From Mycobacterium leprae TN (lineage in GTDB: Bacteria; Actinomycetota; Actinomycetes; Mycobacteriales; Mycobacteriaceae), in NCBI RefSeq assembly GCF_000195855.1, contig NC_002677.1:1500001-1532000 (forward strand): a stretch of 32,000 nucleotides of DNA. Direction: 5' to 3'. Shown here one piece after another: positions 1 to 12,138 of the stretch. The notes beneath the pieces were generated by a model. The model had not been told where the DNA came from. It did not search any database and worked only from the letters and a program-made list of their open reading frames with translations. The position numbers were made by a program, and so were the translations under genes. The stretch's first letter is position 1; each line of letters opens with the position of its first letter.

Positions 1-1
1 C

Positions 2-259
2 CTGGGCAATGATACAGCAGCACTAGCTCGCGAAATCCTAGCCCAGGTGCCGACGCCGGACGACGCGGTGCTAGTCGCCGTTTCACCGAACCAGTGCGCC
101 ATCGAGGTGGTTTACGGCTCGCAGGTCCGGGGTCGTGGCGCCGAGTCGGCAGCACCACTGGGTGTTGCCGCGGCTTCTTCGGCCTTCGAGCAAGGGAACC
201 TGATCGATGGGCTGATCAGCGCGGTCCGCGTGCTCAGTGCGGGGATTTCCCGGTCTTAG
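2..259 (+). CDS. 3' end of a conserved hypothetical protein, 5'-truncated by the window edge; possibly DUF5130/TPM-like
   Basis: The frame is open from base 2 to TAG at 257-259. The translation ...[56 protein letters not shown] resembles the V-x-V-x-P-x-x-R-x-IEIV-x-G ... F-x-x-G-(D/N)-L-x-x-G-L pattern I associate with actinobacterial DUF5130 proteins. The family call is from recall only. Confidence 0.5.
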   Translation: MGNDTAALAREILAQVPTPDDAVLVAVSPNQCAIEVVYGSQVRGRGAESAAPLGVAAASSAFEQGNLIDGLISAVRVLSAGISRS

Positions 260-261
260 GG

Positions 262-960
262 TGGTGGTGTTGTGGTGGGCTGGTGGGGTGTGGGTGGTTG
301 ATCTGCGCTAGAAGGTTGCCGTATGTGCCGCCGACGGCCGGATCATCGATGCACTGTTCACTAACACGATACTGCTGCACCCGGCGGCATGCCTGCTTGC
401 TGGCTGAGGGCCGGTCAACAAGCCGCCGACACCGATACCAGCGGCAGAAATGGTGCAAGGGATAACATCAGGTGCGAATAGTTATACCGTGCACGGGGAC
501 GTGCCTGTTCAGGTGCGGCCACATTGACCACGCCGACACCTCAAGGCCATGACATGCACACTAAAACGCCCCTACCCCGCGGCGCTAACAACTATCCTCA
601 CACTCACGCCTGCATCGATATCGCCTTCAGCACAGCCCAGGTGCCCAGCCCCTGGCATCATCAACATGTAGACCAAGCAGCATCCACCACCGACATGCTT
701 ACGTGCGCCGCGCTAATCGTGTCCACTGCGGCAAAGCACACGAAGCCTCATCGAAAGCAGGCAGTCAGCCACCCACCAACAAAAACCCCGCAACACAGCA
801 AAACACGTCAACAGGATTCCGGGCTGCCCCCCACGACTACCGAACATATCGGCCAGTCATAAAACGCAAAAACAGCCATTTCACCCACCACCTATGAAAC
901 CAACCGAACAACTCACCGCCACAGACACAAGACAGCAGAGCCCGGGAACCGCACGATTTT
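262..960. repeat. RLEP, the M. leprae-specific dispersed repeat; outer boundaries approximate
   Basis: Exact matches to sequences I recall as RLEP diagnostic oligos. 'caccgataccagcggcagaa' sits at 430-449 and 'cctcaaggccatgacatgca' at 539-558, which defines a 129-bp amplicon. 'cgctagaaggttgccgtatgtgc' is at 306-328, followed by 'cgccgacggccggatcatcga' and 'tgcactgttcactaacacgatactgc'. The left end (262-300) is GT-rich and the right part (about 520-950) is strongly C+A-rich and G-poor. There is no credible ORF. Confidence 0.9.
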
Positions 961-1779
961 TGACGCCACTCAGGCCAAGTTGGCAACCACGTGGTAGGGC
1001 CTTTTTAGACCAGGCTGCGAAACCTGCCGCAAATGTTGCCGCGGCTTGACGGGTTCATGCGGTTTGATGCCGTTGATGGCTGGCCTCGATTGCCGGCCTG
1101 GATTACGGCGGCTTTATGTCGGCTCTGGTGCTCGTGCCGTACAGCCGACGGCGATGCTGAATTCCGATGTCAGAACACCTTTACTTTATCTAGCTGCCAT
1201 TGCTTTGCTGTCGCACAGCATGCTCGACGGTTGGCGAGCTGTGGGGCCACTCGCAGCGGAGTTGGCCAGCACCGAACGGGTCGATCGCTGTGTCCTGGCG
1301 GTTACTCGGCTGTTGATCGGGTTGTTATGAGGCAGCGTTTGGGGTGCACGTCGACTATGTCGACACCGACCAGCAGTGGCTAGCAGCCGCCGAGAAATTC
1401 GGAGTTATGTCACACGATCGGGTAAAGTTGGGCAAGTCTTGGGATCGGCACCCCGCTACCTTGTATATTGCCGCAGATTTCGCGACGTTACGCGCGACGT
1501 GGCGGACGGCATCTGTACTGATAGCGGGATCTACTACCAACCCGTGTTAGATGATGCCGTTATTCTTGATGTACACTCGTGGGTACGGTTTGTTCCTGGG
1601 CACGTCGATGCGCGCACCGTCATTCCGCGCATTTTGGACATGCTTGCCGAGGTATGAGCTTTGTTGCCGGCCGTTGAGCACGTGGTTGCATAGGAAGATG
1701 CCCCATGAGCTTGGCTAACGATGGACGAGCAAGACTGTCTTCGCCAGGGGGTAGGCTTGCACCGGCTCAGGCAATGTCG

Positions 1780-2141
1780 CCGACGACGACCCCGGTCCGG
1801 CACAGCTGCCGCGCACAATCCATGGCAACTGCTGAATGTCTGGGCCGTCGGAGCTGGCGGACATAATCTGGGTGTTGGTGTGATATGCATGTTGCGGCGG
1901 GTGAAGTGCACGTTGGCTTCGTTGGCGGCTAGAACGTTTTTGATCCAGTCAGTTTTTCCCGTGACCCAGCGTGATTGCCAACACATTGACTTCGCAGTAG
2001 GCGGTCACGATGCTCTGGTATGGCATGCCGGATTTGCGACCATGGTGAGTGATGGTTCTCGGCAGGTAAGGTGCGATTGGTGTTGAGCGCCGGGTTCATG
2101 GATTTGATCTGAAGGTGCTCGAGCCAGGGCGGGAAGATCAT
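1780..2141 (-). pseudogene. Decayed remnant of a small conserved protein, possibly a DUF385/deazaflavin-dependent oxidoreductase-like gene, divergent from hisD
   Basis: Two minus-strand frames must be joined to read ...SGMPYQSIVTAY.EVNVLAITLGHGKTDWIKNVLAANEANVHFTRRNMHITPTPRL. The G-x-TDW-x-x-N-x-x-A-A ... R-R motif resembles that family. A frameshift and stop codons interrupt it. The family assignment is weak. Confidence 0.35.
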
Positions 2142-2171
2142 CGGGACGCCTGGGGATTATTTGGGGTGATC

Positions 2172-2214
2172 CTTGGCTGACATGGCCGTTCCTTGAGCGG
2201 CCATGTCAGCCAAG
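2172..2214. promoter_or_regulatory. Perfect 17-bp inverted repeat with a 9-nt spacer, upstream of hisD; candidate stem-loop or palindromic operator
   Basis: 'cttggctgacatggccg' (2172-2188) is the exact reverse complement of 'cggccatgtcagccaag' (2198-2214). The loop is 'ttccttgag'. No U-tract follows on either strand. It lies about 74 nt upstream of the probable hisD ATG at 2288. Confidence 0.6.
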
Positions 2215-2287
2215 TGGAGACAAACGCGGTGCAGGCTTGTTAGTGGCACTGTACCGGCCGGCTATCGACTCGAGCTGCTCTGGGACA

Positions 2288-5401
<3,114 letters not shown>

Positions 5402-5405
<4 letters not shown>

Positions 5406-6022
5406 GAAGTAAATCGGTTGTAGTTCTGGATTACGGTTCGGGTAATTTGTGGTCGGTGCAGCGCGCGCTGCAGCGGGTTGGTGCCGCGGTCGAAGTTACG
5501 GCTGACTCAGCTGCAGGCGCCGCCGCTGACGGGTTGCTGGTGCCCGGTGTCGGCGCGTTCGAGGCGTGCATGGCAGGTCTGCGGAAAATCGCGGGTGAAC
5601 GGACCATCGCCGAGCGGATCGTCGCGGGACGGCCGGTATTAGGGGTCTGTGTCGGCATGCAGATTTTGTTCGCCCGCGGTGTCGAATTCGGTGTGGAAAC
5701 AACAGGCTGTAGGCAGTGGCCGGGCGTTGTGACCCGGCTCGACGCCCCGGTGGTTCCCCATATGGGCTGGAACGTAGTCGATTCCGCTTCTGGAAGTGCG
5801 TTGTTCAAGGGCCTAGATGCTGGAGTGCGGTTCTATTTCGTGCATTCTTATGCCGCGCAGCGTTGGGAAGGCTCATCCAAGGCGCTGCTGACATGGGCAA
5901 CTCACCAAGTACCGTTTTTGGCCGCGGTGGAAGAAGGACCACTGGTTGCCACCCAGTTCCATCCGGAGAAGAGTGGGGACGCTGGAGCAACCTTGCTGAG
6001 CAATTGGCTTGGGGAACTTTAA
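5402..6022 (+). CDS. hisH: Imidazole glycerol phosphate synthase, glutamine amidotransferase subunit
   Basis: 206-aa class I GATase (DYGSGNL.S, GVCVGMQ catalytic Cys, FHPEKS). GTGA overlap with hisB. Confidence 0.95.
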
Positions 6023-6025
6023 AGG

Positions 6026-6769
6026 ATGCTGTTGATGTCGCTGATACTTTTACCGGCTGTCGACGTGGTCGAGGGGCGCGCCGTGCGCCTGGTTCAAGGA
6101 AAGGCCGGTAGCGAAAACGATTACGGTTCAGCATTGGACGCCGCGTTGTGCTGGCAACGCGACGGCGCCGACTGGATTCACCTAGTGGATCTGGACGCAG
6201 CGTTTGGTCGCGGTTCCAACCGCGAACTGCTTTCTGAGATGGTGGGCAAGCTTGATGTGCAGGTCGAGCTATCCGGAGGTATTCGTGACGACGACTCTTT
6301 GAATGCTGCGCTAGCTACCGGCTGTGCACGGGTCAACCTAGGTACGGCCGCATGTGAGAACCCGCACTGGTGCGCACAGGTGATTGCCGAGCACGGTGAC
6401 AAGATCGCCGTCGGTTTGGACGTCCAGATCGTCGACGGCCAGCATCGGCTGCGTGGACGCGGCTGGGAAACCGACGGAGGAGACCTGTGGGATGTGTTAG
6501 AAAATCTTGATAGACAAGGATGTTCACGGTTCATTGTTACCGATGTCACTAAGGACGGTACGTTGGACGGTCCCAACCTTGACCTGCTGGCAAGTGTCTC
6601 CGATCGCACCAACGTCCCGGTGATCGCGTCCGGTGGCGTTTCCAGTCTGGATGACTTGCGTGCTATCGCTAAATTCACCGAGCGCGGGATCGAGGGTGCT
6701 ATTGTGGGCAAAGCCCTCTATGCCGAACGGTTCACCTTGCCGCAGGCACTGGCCGTGGTGCGGATGTAG
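6026..6769 (+). CDS. hisA: Phosphoribosyl isomerase A, the HisA/PriA type that is bifunctional HisA/TrpF in Actinobacteria
   Basis: ORF with [28 protein letters not shown] and [13 protein letters not shown] motifs. ATG 6026 gives the longest ORF. ATG 6035 has better spacing from the AAGGA at 6022-6026. Confidence 0.93.
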   Translation: MLLMSLILLPAVDVVEGRAVRLVQGKAGSENDYGSALDAALCWQRDGADWIHLVDLDAAFGRGSNRELLSEMVGKLDVQVELSGGIRDDDSLNAALATGCARVNLGTAACENPHWCAQVIAEHGDKIAVGLDVQIVDGQHRLRGRGWETDGGDLWDVLENLDRQGCSRFIVTDVTKDGTLDGPNLDLLASVSDRTNVPVIASGGVSSLDDLRAIAKFTERGIEGAIVGKALYAERFTLPQALAVVRM

Positions 6770-6776
6770 CCCCACA

Positions 6777-7590
6777 ATGGATCTGTACGCGTTGATGGCC
6801 GAGGAGTCGGCAATCCTTGATGCTGCGAGTTCGTTCCTGGCTGGCCATCGCACCGATCCGGCGGCCGGCAAGAAGTGCGACGATTTTGCTACCGAAGGTC
6901 AACATTGCCATCGAACGGCGGGGCGTCGCTGTGTCGATAGAAATCACGGAGATCGGCGTGCACGGCGAGGAGTTAGAGGGTCCGGACCTGGACCCACCTT
7001 GAGTGTGGGTATTGGACCCGATCGACGGCACATGCAACTATGCGGCGGGATCGCCGATGACCGTTATGTTGTTAGCTCTGCTGCATTACGACGACTCAGT
7101 GGCGGGCTTGACCTGGATGCCGTTCATCGTCGGGTGCTACACGGCCGTCGCGGGTGGGTCGATGATGAAAAATGGTGTTTCACAACCATCGCTGGCTACC
7201 CGAGAGTGTAGCAAGGTGCTGTTCGGTGTCGTTACGTTCAATACGGGCTCACGGGGCTGGGTCCCCGGACGCTGTCGGTTGGCTGTGGTGGAAAATCTCA
7301 GAAGGTCCTGTTTGCGGTTGCACACGTATGGCTTCACCGGTACTGATCTTGCCTATGTTGCCAACGGAATTCTTGGTGAGGCAGTAAGTGTCGGTTGCTA
7401 CGTCTGGTATCACGCTGCCGGCGTCGTGTTGGTTCAGGCTGTTGGTGGTATTGTCACCGATCTGGCTGGTGAATTGTGGACAACCACGGCGTCGTGTGTG
7501 GTAAATGCGGCACCCGGCGTGCATAGCCAGATCTTCGAGATCCTTTGCGGCATGAGCGAACCGGAGGATTACCAAGATGTACTCGGGTAA
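6777..7590 (+). pseudogene. impA: Inositol monophosphatase family gene, inactivated
   Basis: IMPase-like translation needs two frames (MDLYALMAEESAILDAAS...DDFATE, shift near 6897, then VNIAIERR...GVHGEE). It also needs read-through of an in-frame TGA at 7000-7002, directly before VWVLDPIDGT. The conserved WD.AAG motif reads WYHAAG (Tyr codon 7408-7410). The last 195 codons (7003-7590) are still open and overlap the hisF start. Confidence 0.88.
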
Positions 7591-8362
7591 CGGTCTTGCG
7601 GTACGAGTGATTCCTTGCCTGGACGTCTATTGTGGGCGTGTGGTTAAAGGGGTCAATTTCAAGAACCTCCGGGATGCGGGTGATCTCGTGGAGTTGGCTG
7701 CCGCCTACGATGCTGAAGGCGCCGACGAGCTGGCTTTTCTTGACGTGACTGCGTCGTCGTCGGGCAGGGCCACCATGCTGGAGGTGGTGCGCTGCACCGC
7801 CGAGCAGGTGTTCATCCCGTTGATGGTCGGCGGTGGGGTGCGTACGGTCGCTGACGTCGACGTGTTGCTGCGTGCGGGAGCTGACAAGGTTGCGGTCAAC
7901 ACCGCAGCAATTGCTCGTCCCGAGCTATTGGCCGACATGGCAGGGCAATTCGGTTCTCAATGCATCGTGTTATCTGTCGACGCGCGCACGGTACCCACCG
8001 GATCAGCGCGAACACCGTCCGGGTGGGAGGCCACTACTCATGGCGGTTACCGCGGCACCGGTATTGACGCTGTTGAGTGGGCGGCCCGTGGGGCCGACCT
8101 TGGGGTGGGAGAAATCCTGCTGAACTCGATGGACGCCGACGGCACTAAAGCCGGGTTCGACTTGGCGATGTTGCGGGCTGTTCGTGCCGCGGTCACGGTG
8201 CCGGTCATAGCTAGCGGCGGCGCCGGGGCAATCGAACACTTCGTGCCAGCGGTTACTGCCGGTGCTGATGCGGTTTTGGCGGCCAGTGTCTTTCATTTCC
8301 GAGAGCTAACGATCGGGCAGGTGAAAGACGCTATGGCCGCAGCAGGGATCGCGGTGCGATGA
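7577..8362 (+). CDS. hisF: Imidazole glycerol phosphate synthase, cyclase subunit
   Basis: 261-aa ORF ([38 protein letters not shown]). ATGA overlap with hisI. Confidence 0.95.
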
Positions 8363-8706
8363 CACTCGACCCAGACATTGCTGTACGCCTCAAGCGCAAC
8401 GCCGAAGGTTTATTCACCGCCGTCGTACAGGAGCGCTCCAGCGGAGACGTGCTAATGGTCGCTTGGATGGACGACCAAGCACTGGCTCGCACCCTGGAAA
8501 CCCGTGAGGCGAATTATTATTCGCGATCCCGGGCCGAGCAGTGGATCAAGGGATCGACCTCCGGCAACACGCAGCATGTTCACTCGGTGCGCCTGGATTG
8601 CGACGGCGACACCGTGCTGTTGACGGTCGACCAGGTCGGTGGAGCCTGCCATACCGGCGCTCACAGTTGCTTTGATTCCGCAATGTTATTAGCCCCTCAG
8701 GACTAG
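8359..8706 (+). CDS. hisI: Phosphoribosyl-AMP cyclohydrolase
   Basis: 115-aa ORF (MVAWMD..AL..T, YYSRSR...W.KG.TSGN.Q, DCDGD..L..V.Q.GGACHTG..SCF). Confidence 0.93.
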
Positions 8707-9129
8707 TCGGCGCCTCACCCATGCCTCTAGCAAGGCGCGGTATCTCAATCCGTTGTCCGCGGCTATCGCCGCGTGGGTCCGTTCGTGTCGGAAAAACGGC
8801 TGGCTGTATTCTATAGCGTCGAAGAATCTTGAAATTCAATACTTTTCCAAGCGTTACAGCCGAGGGTACTCGGAAGGAGAAGGATGATTCGTCTGTGGCG
8901 ATAGCCAGAATGGAGTTGGTGTCTGGTAAAGCCGTTGGCTTGTGTGGTGTCCTAGGTCCACTTGACTGGCTTGAAGCCGCCAAAATTTTTGGCATACTCT
9001 CTCCATAAGCGGGTGCCGCGTCCGTTGTAGAGTTTGGTTATTGCTCTGTCTACGGTCAGGTGTCTGACCGGATTGAGTACATCTGATTGATCGGTGACTT
9101 GGCTGGTTAACTTAATCGCCGGCGTTGAT

Positions 9130-10280
9130 TGAGGAGTGTTGCAGTGTCGCTGTTCGGCGGAGTCACCGCAGCCGGAGGGTTGCCGACGGCCTGTTGATGG
9201 GCGCGGGCGCCGCTCATCCGGTTACCTACGACCGCAGTCACCGCAATTTACGTGGCAGTGGCCACCACCGCAATCAGTATCGTCGGTTCCAGCCGGCTAG
9301 CGCGCATTTTTCGTCGGCTACCGCAGTAGGCTTCGCGATGACCGATGTCGGTTCGACGATGATTTTCGGTGGCGTCCACCTCGCCGGCCGGGGTGGTTAG
9401 CGGTTGGCCGGCCAGTGCGGACGTGACGTCCGCGCACGTCGGATAACATGTGTCGGGTTTTGGGCCAGCACTTTAGGTAATGCCCACTTTGGTAGTGACG
9501 GCGTTCAAGTTATGCTCATTCGGGTCGCCGCTCACTGGGTAGCGGAGGTGGTGCCAACAGGTGCTGGCTCATAATCATCGCCGGGTTGGAGTGCTGGAAC
9601 GTGGCCGACTCGGTCAGTAGGTTAGATGCCGTGCAACCGCGTGTATGTTCAGTTTAGTTCTTGTGCCGAGATTTTCACTCTAAAATAGTTGCTCGGACGC
9701 GCAGTAGGCGCGATGCTGCCCACTAAAAACATGTTTGTCGCGGTTAGGCCGCTAATCTTGACCAGCTCGTGGACGATACCGAAATCGGCCGATCAGGGTA
9801 CCTGCCGTAGCCGACTAGCATCGCCCAGCGCGATCATAGTTGGCCGGCGTGACGTTACAATGAAGAAATCCGCGTGCATGAGTGTAATCAAGCGCTTCAC
9901 CAACGACTGAAATTACTTCGACTACGTTTGCTCGCAGCATTCCGGATGAGTATTGGCTACGTAACAATTTTGCGGCATCGGTTCCTTCCACACAAGTCCA
10001 TTGAGATCCACAGTTGTTCCTGGTGCTTGCCGTGCTCGTGGATCCCAACGATGTGCTCATCGTACACGCTCGCGGTCATGTCGGCTTCCTGGTTGAAGCG
10101 TTGATTAAATTAGAGGTTCCTGTTCAGGTCGCTGGGCAAGATTTTGACGGCATCGTGGCGTGTTAGCCTCGAATCCTGCGCCTAGATACACCAGACACAT
10201 ATTTCACCGGCCCGGGTGCGAACCGCGGTCTTGCGAAGCTCTATCCGGTGAACACCTGTCCTCTGTCTGTTGGGCCGTCG
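9130..10280 (-). pseudogene. PknF/PknI/PknJ-like Ser/Thr protein kinase, heavily decayed; ends approximate
   Basis: Minus-strand fragments in several frames follow kinase order: RHDAVKIL, FNQEADMTASVYDEHIVGIHEHG..QLWISMD, VEGTDAAKLL, EALDYTHARGFLHCNVTPAN. The catalytic loop HRD.K is degraded to H-C-N-V-T at 9854-9862. Next come ADFGIV (DFG at 9778-9789), GLTATNMF.VG, FQHSNPAMIMSQHL and a hydrophobic ILIAVVATAT segment. There are multiple in-frame stops and frameshifts. Confidence 0.8.
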
Positions 10281-10331
10281 CTTTGCGGCATGTGAACATG
10301 CTATTGAGGGCTATGGGCGGCACTCCAGGGC

Positions 10332-10369
10332 AATCGCGGGAGAGCGGCAGGTAATCGCGGTAGAGCGGC
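10332..10369. repeat. Two 17-nt direct repeats (16/17 identical) separated by 4 nt, upstream of chaA
   Basis: 'aatcgcgggagagcggc' (10332-10348) and 'aatcgcggtagagcggc' (10353-10369). The period is 21 nt. They lie 71-108 nt upstream of the chaA start. Confidence 0.7.
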
Positions 10370-10439
10370 GCTGGTCATAGTGGTTCCGTGTTCGCCCCGC
10401 TGGGGAGCCGGCAGATGACTTTGGTGAGAATGGCGGGCG

Positions 10440-11534
10440 ATGTTGAAACGGATAGCCTGGACCGCACTGGTACCTCTGTTTGCTCTGGCCGTGCTGGCAT
10501 TGACCTGGGGAAGAGAGATCGGTCCAGTCGTGACCGCGTTACAGGCGGCGTTGCTGACCGGCGCTGTGCTGGCCGCGGTCCATCATGCGGAGGTTGTCGC
10601 GCACCGGGTTGGTGAGCCGTTTGGGTCGCTGGTGCTCGCTGCAGCGGTGACGGTCATCGAGGTGGCTCTCATCGTCACGCTCATGGCCTCTGGTGAGAAC
10701 GAATCATGGACCCTGGCCAGGGATACCGCGTTCGCCGCACTAATGATCACCACTAACGGGATTGCGGGTTTTTCGCTGCTACTGGGTTCCCGACGCTACG
10801 GTGTGACGTTGTTTAACGCCCACGGCAGCGGGGCCGCGCTGGCCACGCTCACCACGTTGGCGACGTTAAGCCTGGTGCTGCCCACTTTCACTACTAGTCA
10901 CCGTGGCAATGAGTTCTCACCTGGCCAGCTGGCCTTCGCTGCCGTCGCTTCGCTAGGACTTTATCTGCTTTTTGTATTCACACAAACTATCCGGCATCGC
11001 GACTTTTTTTTGCCTGTCGCACAGAAGGGCCAAAAAGGCCTGTTCGAAGAGGATGAAAGCCATGCCGATCCGCCCAGCGCACGGTCTGCGCTGATCAGCC
11101 TCGCATTGCTGCTTGTTGCGCTGATCGCGGTGGTGGGTCTGGCCGAACTGCAGTCGTCGGCAATCGAGCACTTGGTGACAGCAGTTGGCTTCCCCCAGCC
11201 ATTCGTTGGTGTAGTGATCGCCACGCTGGTGCTGTTACCAGAAACACTTGCGGCGGTGCGTGCGGCGCGTCGGGGTCGCATCCAGACCAGCCTGAACCTG
11301 GCCTACGGCTCGGCTATGGCCAGCATTGGGCTGACTATTCCGGCCATCGCGCTGGCTTCCATCTGGCTTACCGGACCGTTGATACTCGGCCTGGGCGCGA
11401 CCCAGTTGGTGTTGTTGGCTCTGACCGTCGTAATCAGCGTGCTGACCGTGGTGCCTGGGCGGGCTACTCGCCTCCAGGGTGAGGTGCATCTAGTATTGCT
11501 TGCCGCTTTCGTGTTTTTGGCGATCATCCCGTAA
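10440..11534 (+). CDS. chaA: Ca2+/H+ (cation/proton) antiporter, CaCA family
   Basis: 364-aa uninterrupted ORF with about 10 or more hydrophobic helices. It has the paired alpha-repeat regions typical of ChaA (HHAEVVAHRVGEPFGSLVLA...TVIEVALI and LLPETLAAVRAA). Its position matches M. tuberculosis chaA downstream of hisI. Confidence 0.85.
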   Translation: MLKRIAWTALVPLFALAVLALTWGREIGPVVTALQAALLTGAVLAAVHHAEVVAHRVGEPFGSLVLAAAVTVIEVALIVTLMASGENESWTLARDTAFAALMITTNGIAGFSLLLGSRRYGVTLFNAHGSGAALATLTTLATLSLVLPTFTTSHRGNEFSPGQLAFAAVASLGLYLLFVFTQTIRHRDFFLPVAQKGQKGLFEEDESHADPPSARSALISLALLLVALIAVVGLAELQSSAIEHLVTAVGFPQPFVGVVIATLVLLPETLAAVRAARRGRIQTSLNLAYGSAMASIGLTIPAIALASIWLTGPLILGLGATQLVLLALTVVISVLTVVPGRATRLQGEVHLVLLAAFVFLAIIP

Positions 11535-11565
11535 AAAGGCAGTTACTATCGACGAGTTTGAATAA

Positions 11566-12030
11566 TTAATCGGTCGATCTGGCCCGCAGCGTCTCTAGCG
11601 CCTTGTCGGCATGGGTGTCCATGCTTAATTCGCTAGAGATCACATTGAGCAACTTTCGGTCGGTGTCGACGACAAAGGTTATGCGTTTAACCGGAATTAG
11701 CTTGTCAAGCAGACCGCGCTTAACGCCGAATATTGGGTGGCCACCCTGCTGTTGGTGTCCGACAACAGGGGGGAAAGAATTCTGGATGTTGGCGGACTTG
11801 ACTTGCTTTTGAAACAATATCGGTGCTTATGTCGACCCTGCCAGCCCCGACCGCGACGAATTCTTTCGCCAAGTCGTGGCAATAGCACGTTTCCTTGGTG
11901 TAGCCAGGTGTCACGCCGCCGGATAAAAGAACGGAACTACGGGCCCGCCGGCAAGCAGCGCACTGAGTTTATGCAGTGTTCCGGTTTGATCGGGAAGTGC
12001 GAAGTCAGTCGCGGTGTCATCGGTCTTCAT
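11566..12030 (-). pseudogene. bcpB: Bacterioferritin comigratory protein / peroxiredoxin, inactivated
   Basis: Minus-strand reading MKTDDTATDFALPDQTGT...FFYPAA, then a frameshift, then MTPGYTKETCYCHDLAKEF, then a second frameshift, then FGVKRGLL.KLIPVKRITFVVDTDRKLLNVISSE. The peroxidatic Cys of the T-P-G-C-T motif is Tyr (codon 11900-11902). Confidence 0.85.
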
Positions 12031-12138
12031 GGCTGCCACACTCAATCGCCCGCGCTTACGTCTGCACATCGGCACGCCATGTAGAACGGTAGTTTAGGGG
12101 CGTTCGGACGTGATAAGCCCATCTGGAAGGATGAATCG

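Noticed and set aside
524-862. 112-aa ORF (and overlapping 703-897 ORF) inside the RLEP element
   Set aside because: The translation is extremely biased (Thr/Pro/His/Gln/Ala-rich) and reflects the C+A-rich strand composition. There is no recognisable domain or RBS, and RLEP is not known to encode a protein.
8984-8998. Palindrome 'gccaaaatttttggc', and a 7-bp hairpin 'cggtcag-gtgt-ctgaccg' near 9053-9070
   Set aside because: These are short, isolated structures inside the probable 3' region of the kinase pseudogene. They are below what I would accept as a terminator or operator without supporting context.
11004-11011. T8 homopolymer inside chaA as a possible frameshift or phase-variation site
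   Set aside because: The chaA reading frame is intact through it (R-D-F-F-L-P), with conserved sequence on both sides. I note it only as a slip-prone tract.
12031-12138. Possible trp attenuator or leader peptide upstream of trpE
   Set aside because: No short ORF with tandem Trp codons and no alternative terminator/antiterminator hairpins are visible. The only clear signal is a GGAAGGA Shine-Dalgarno before the GTG start.
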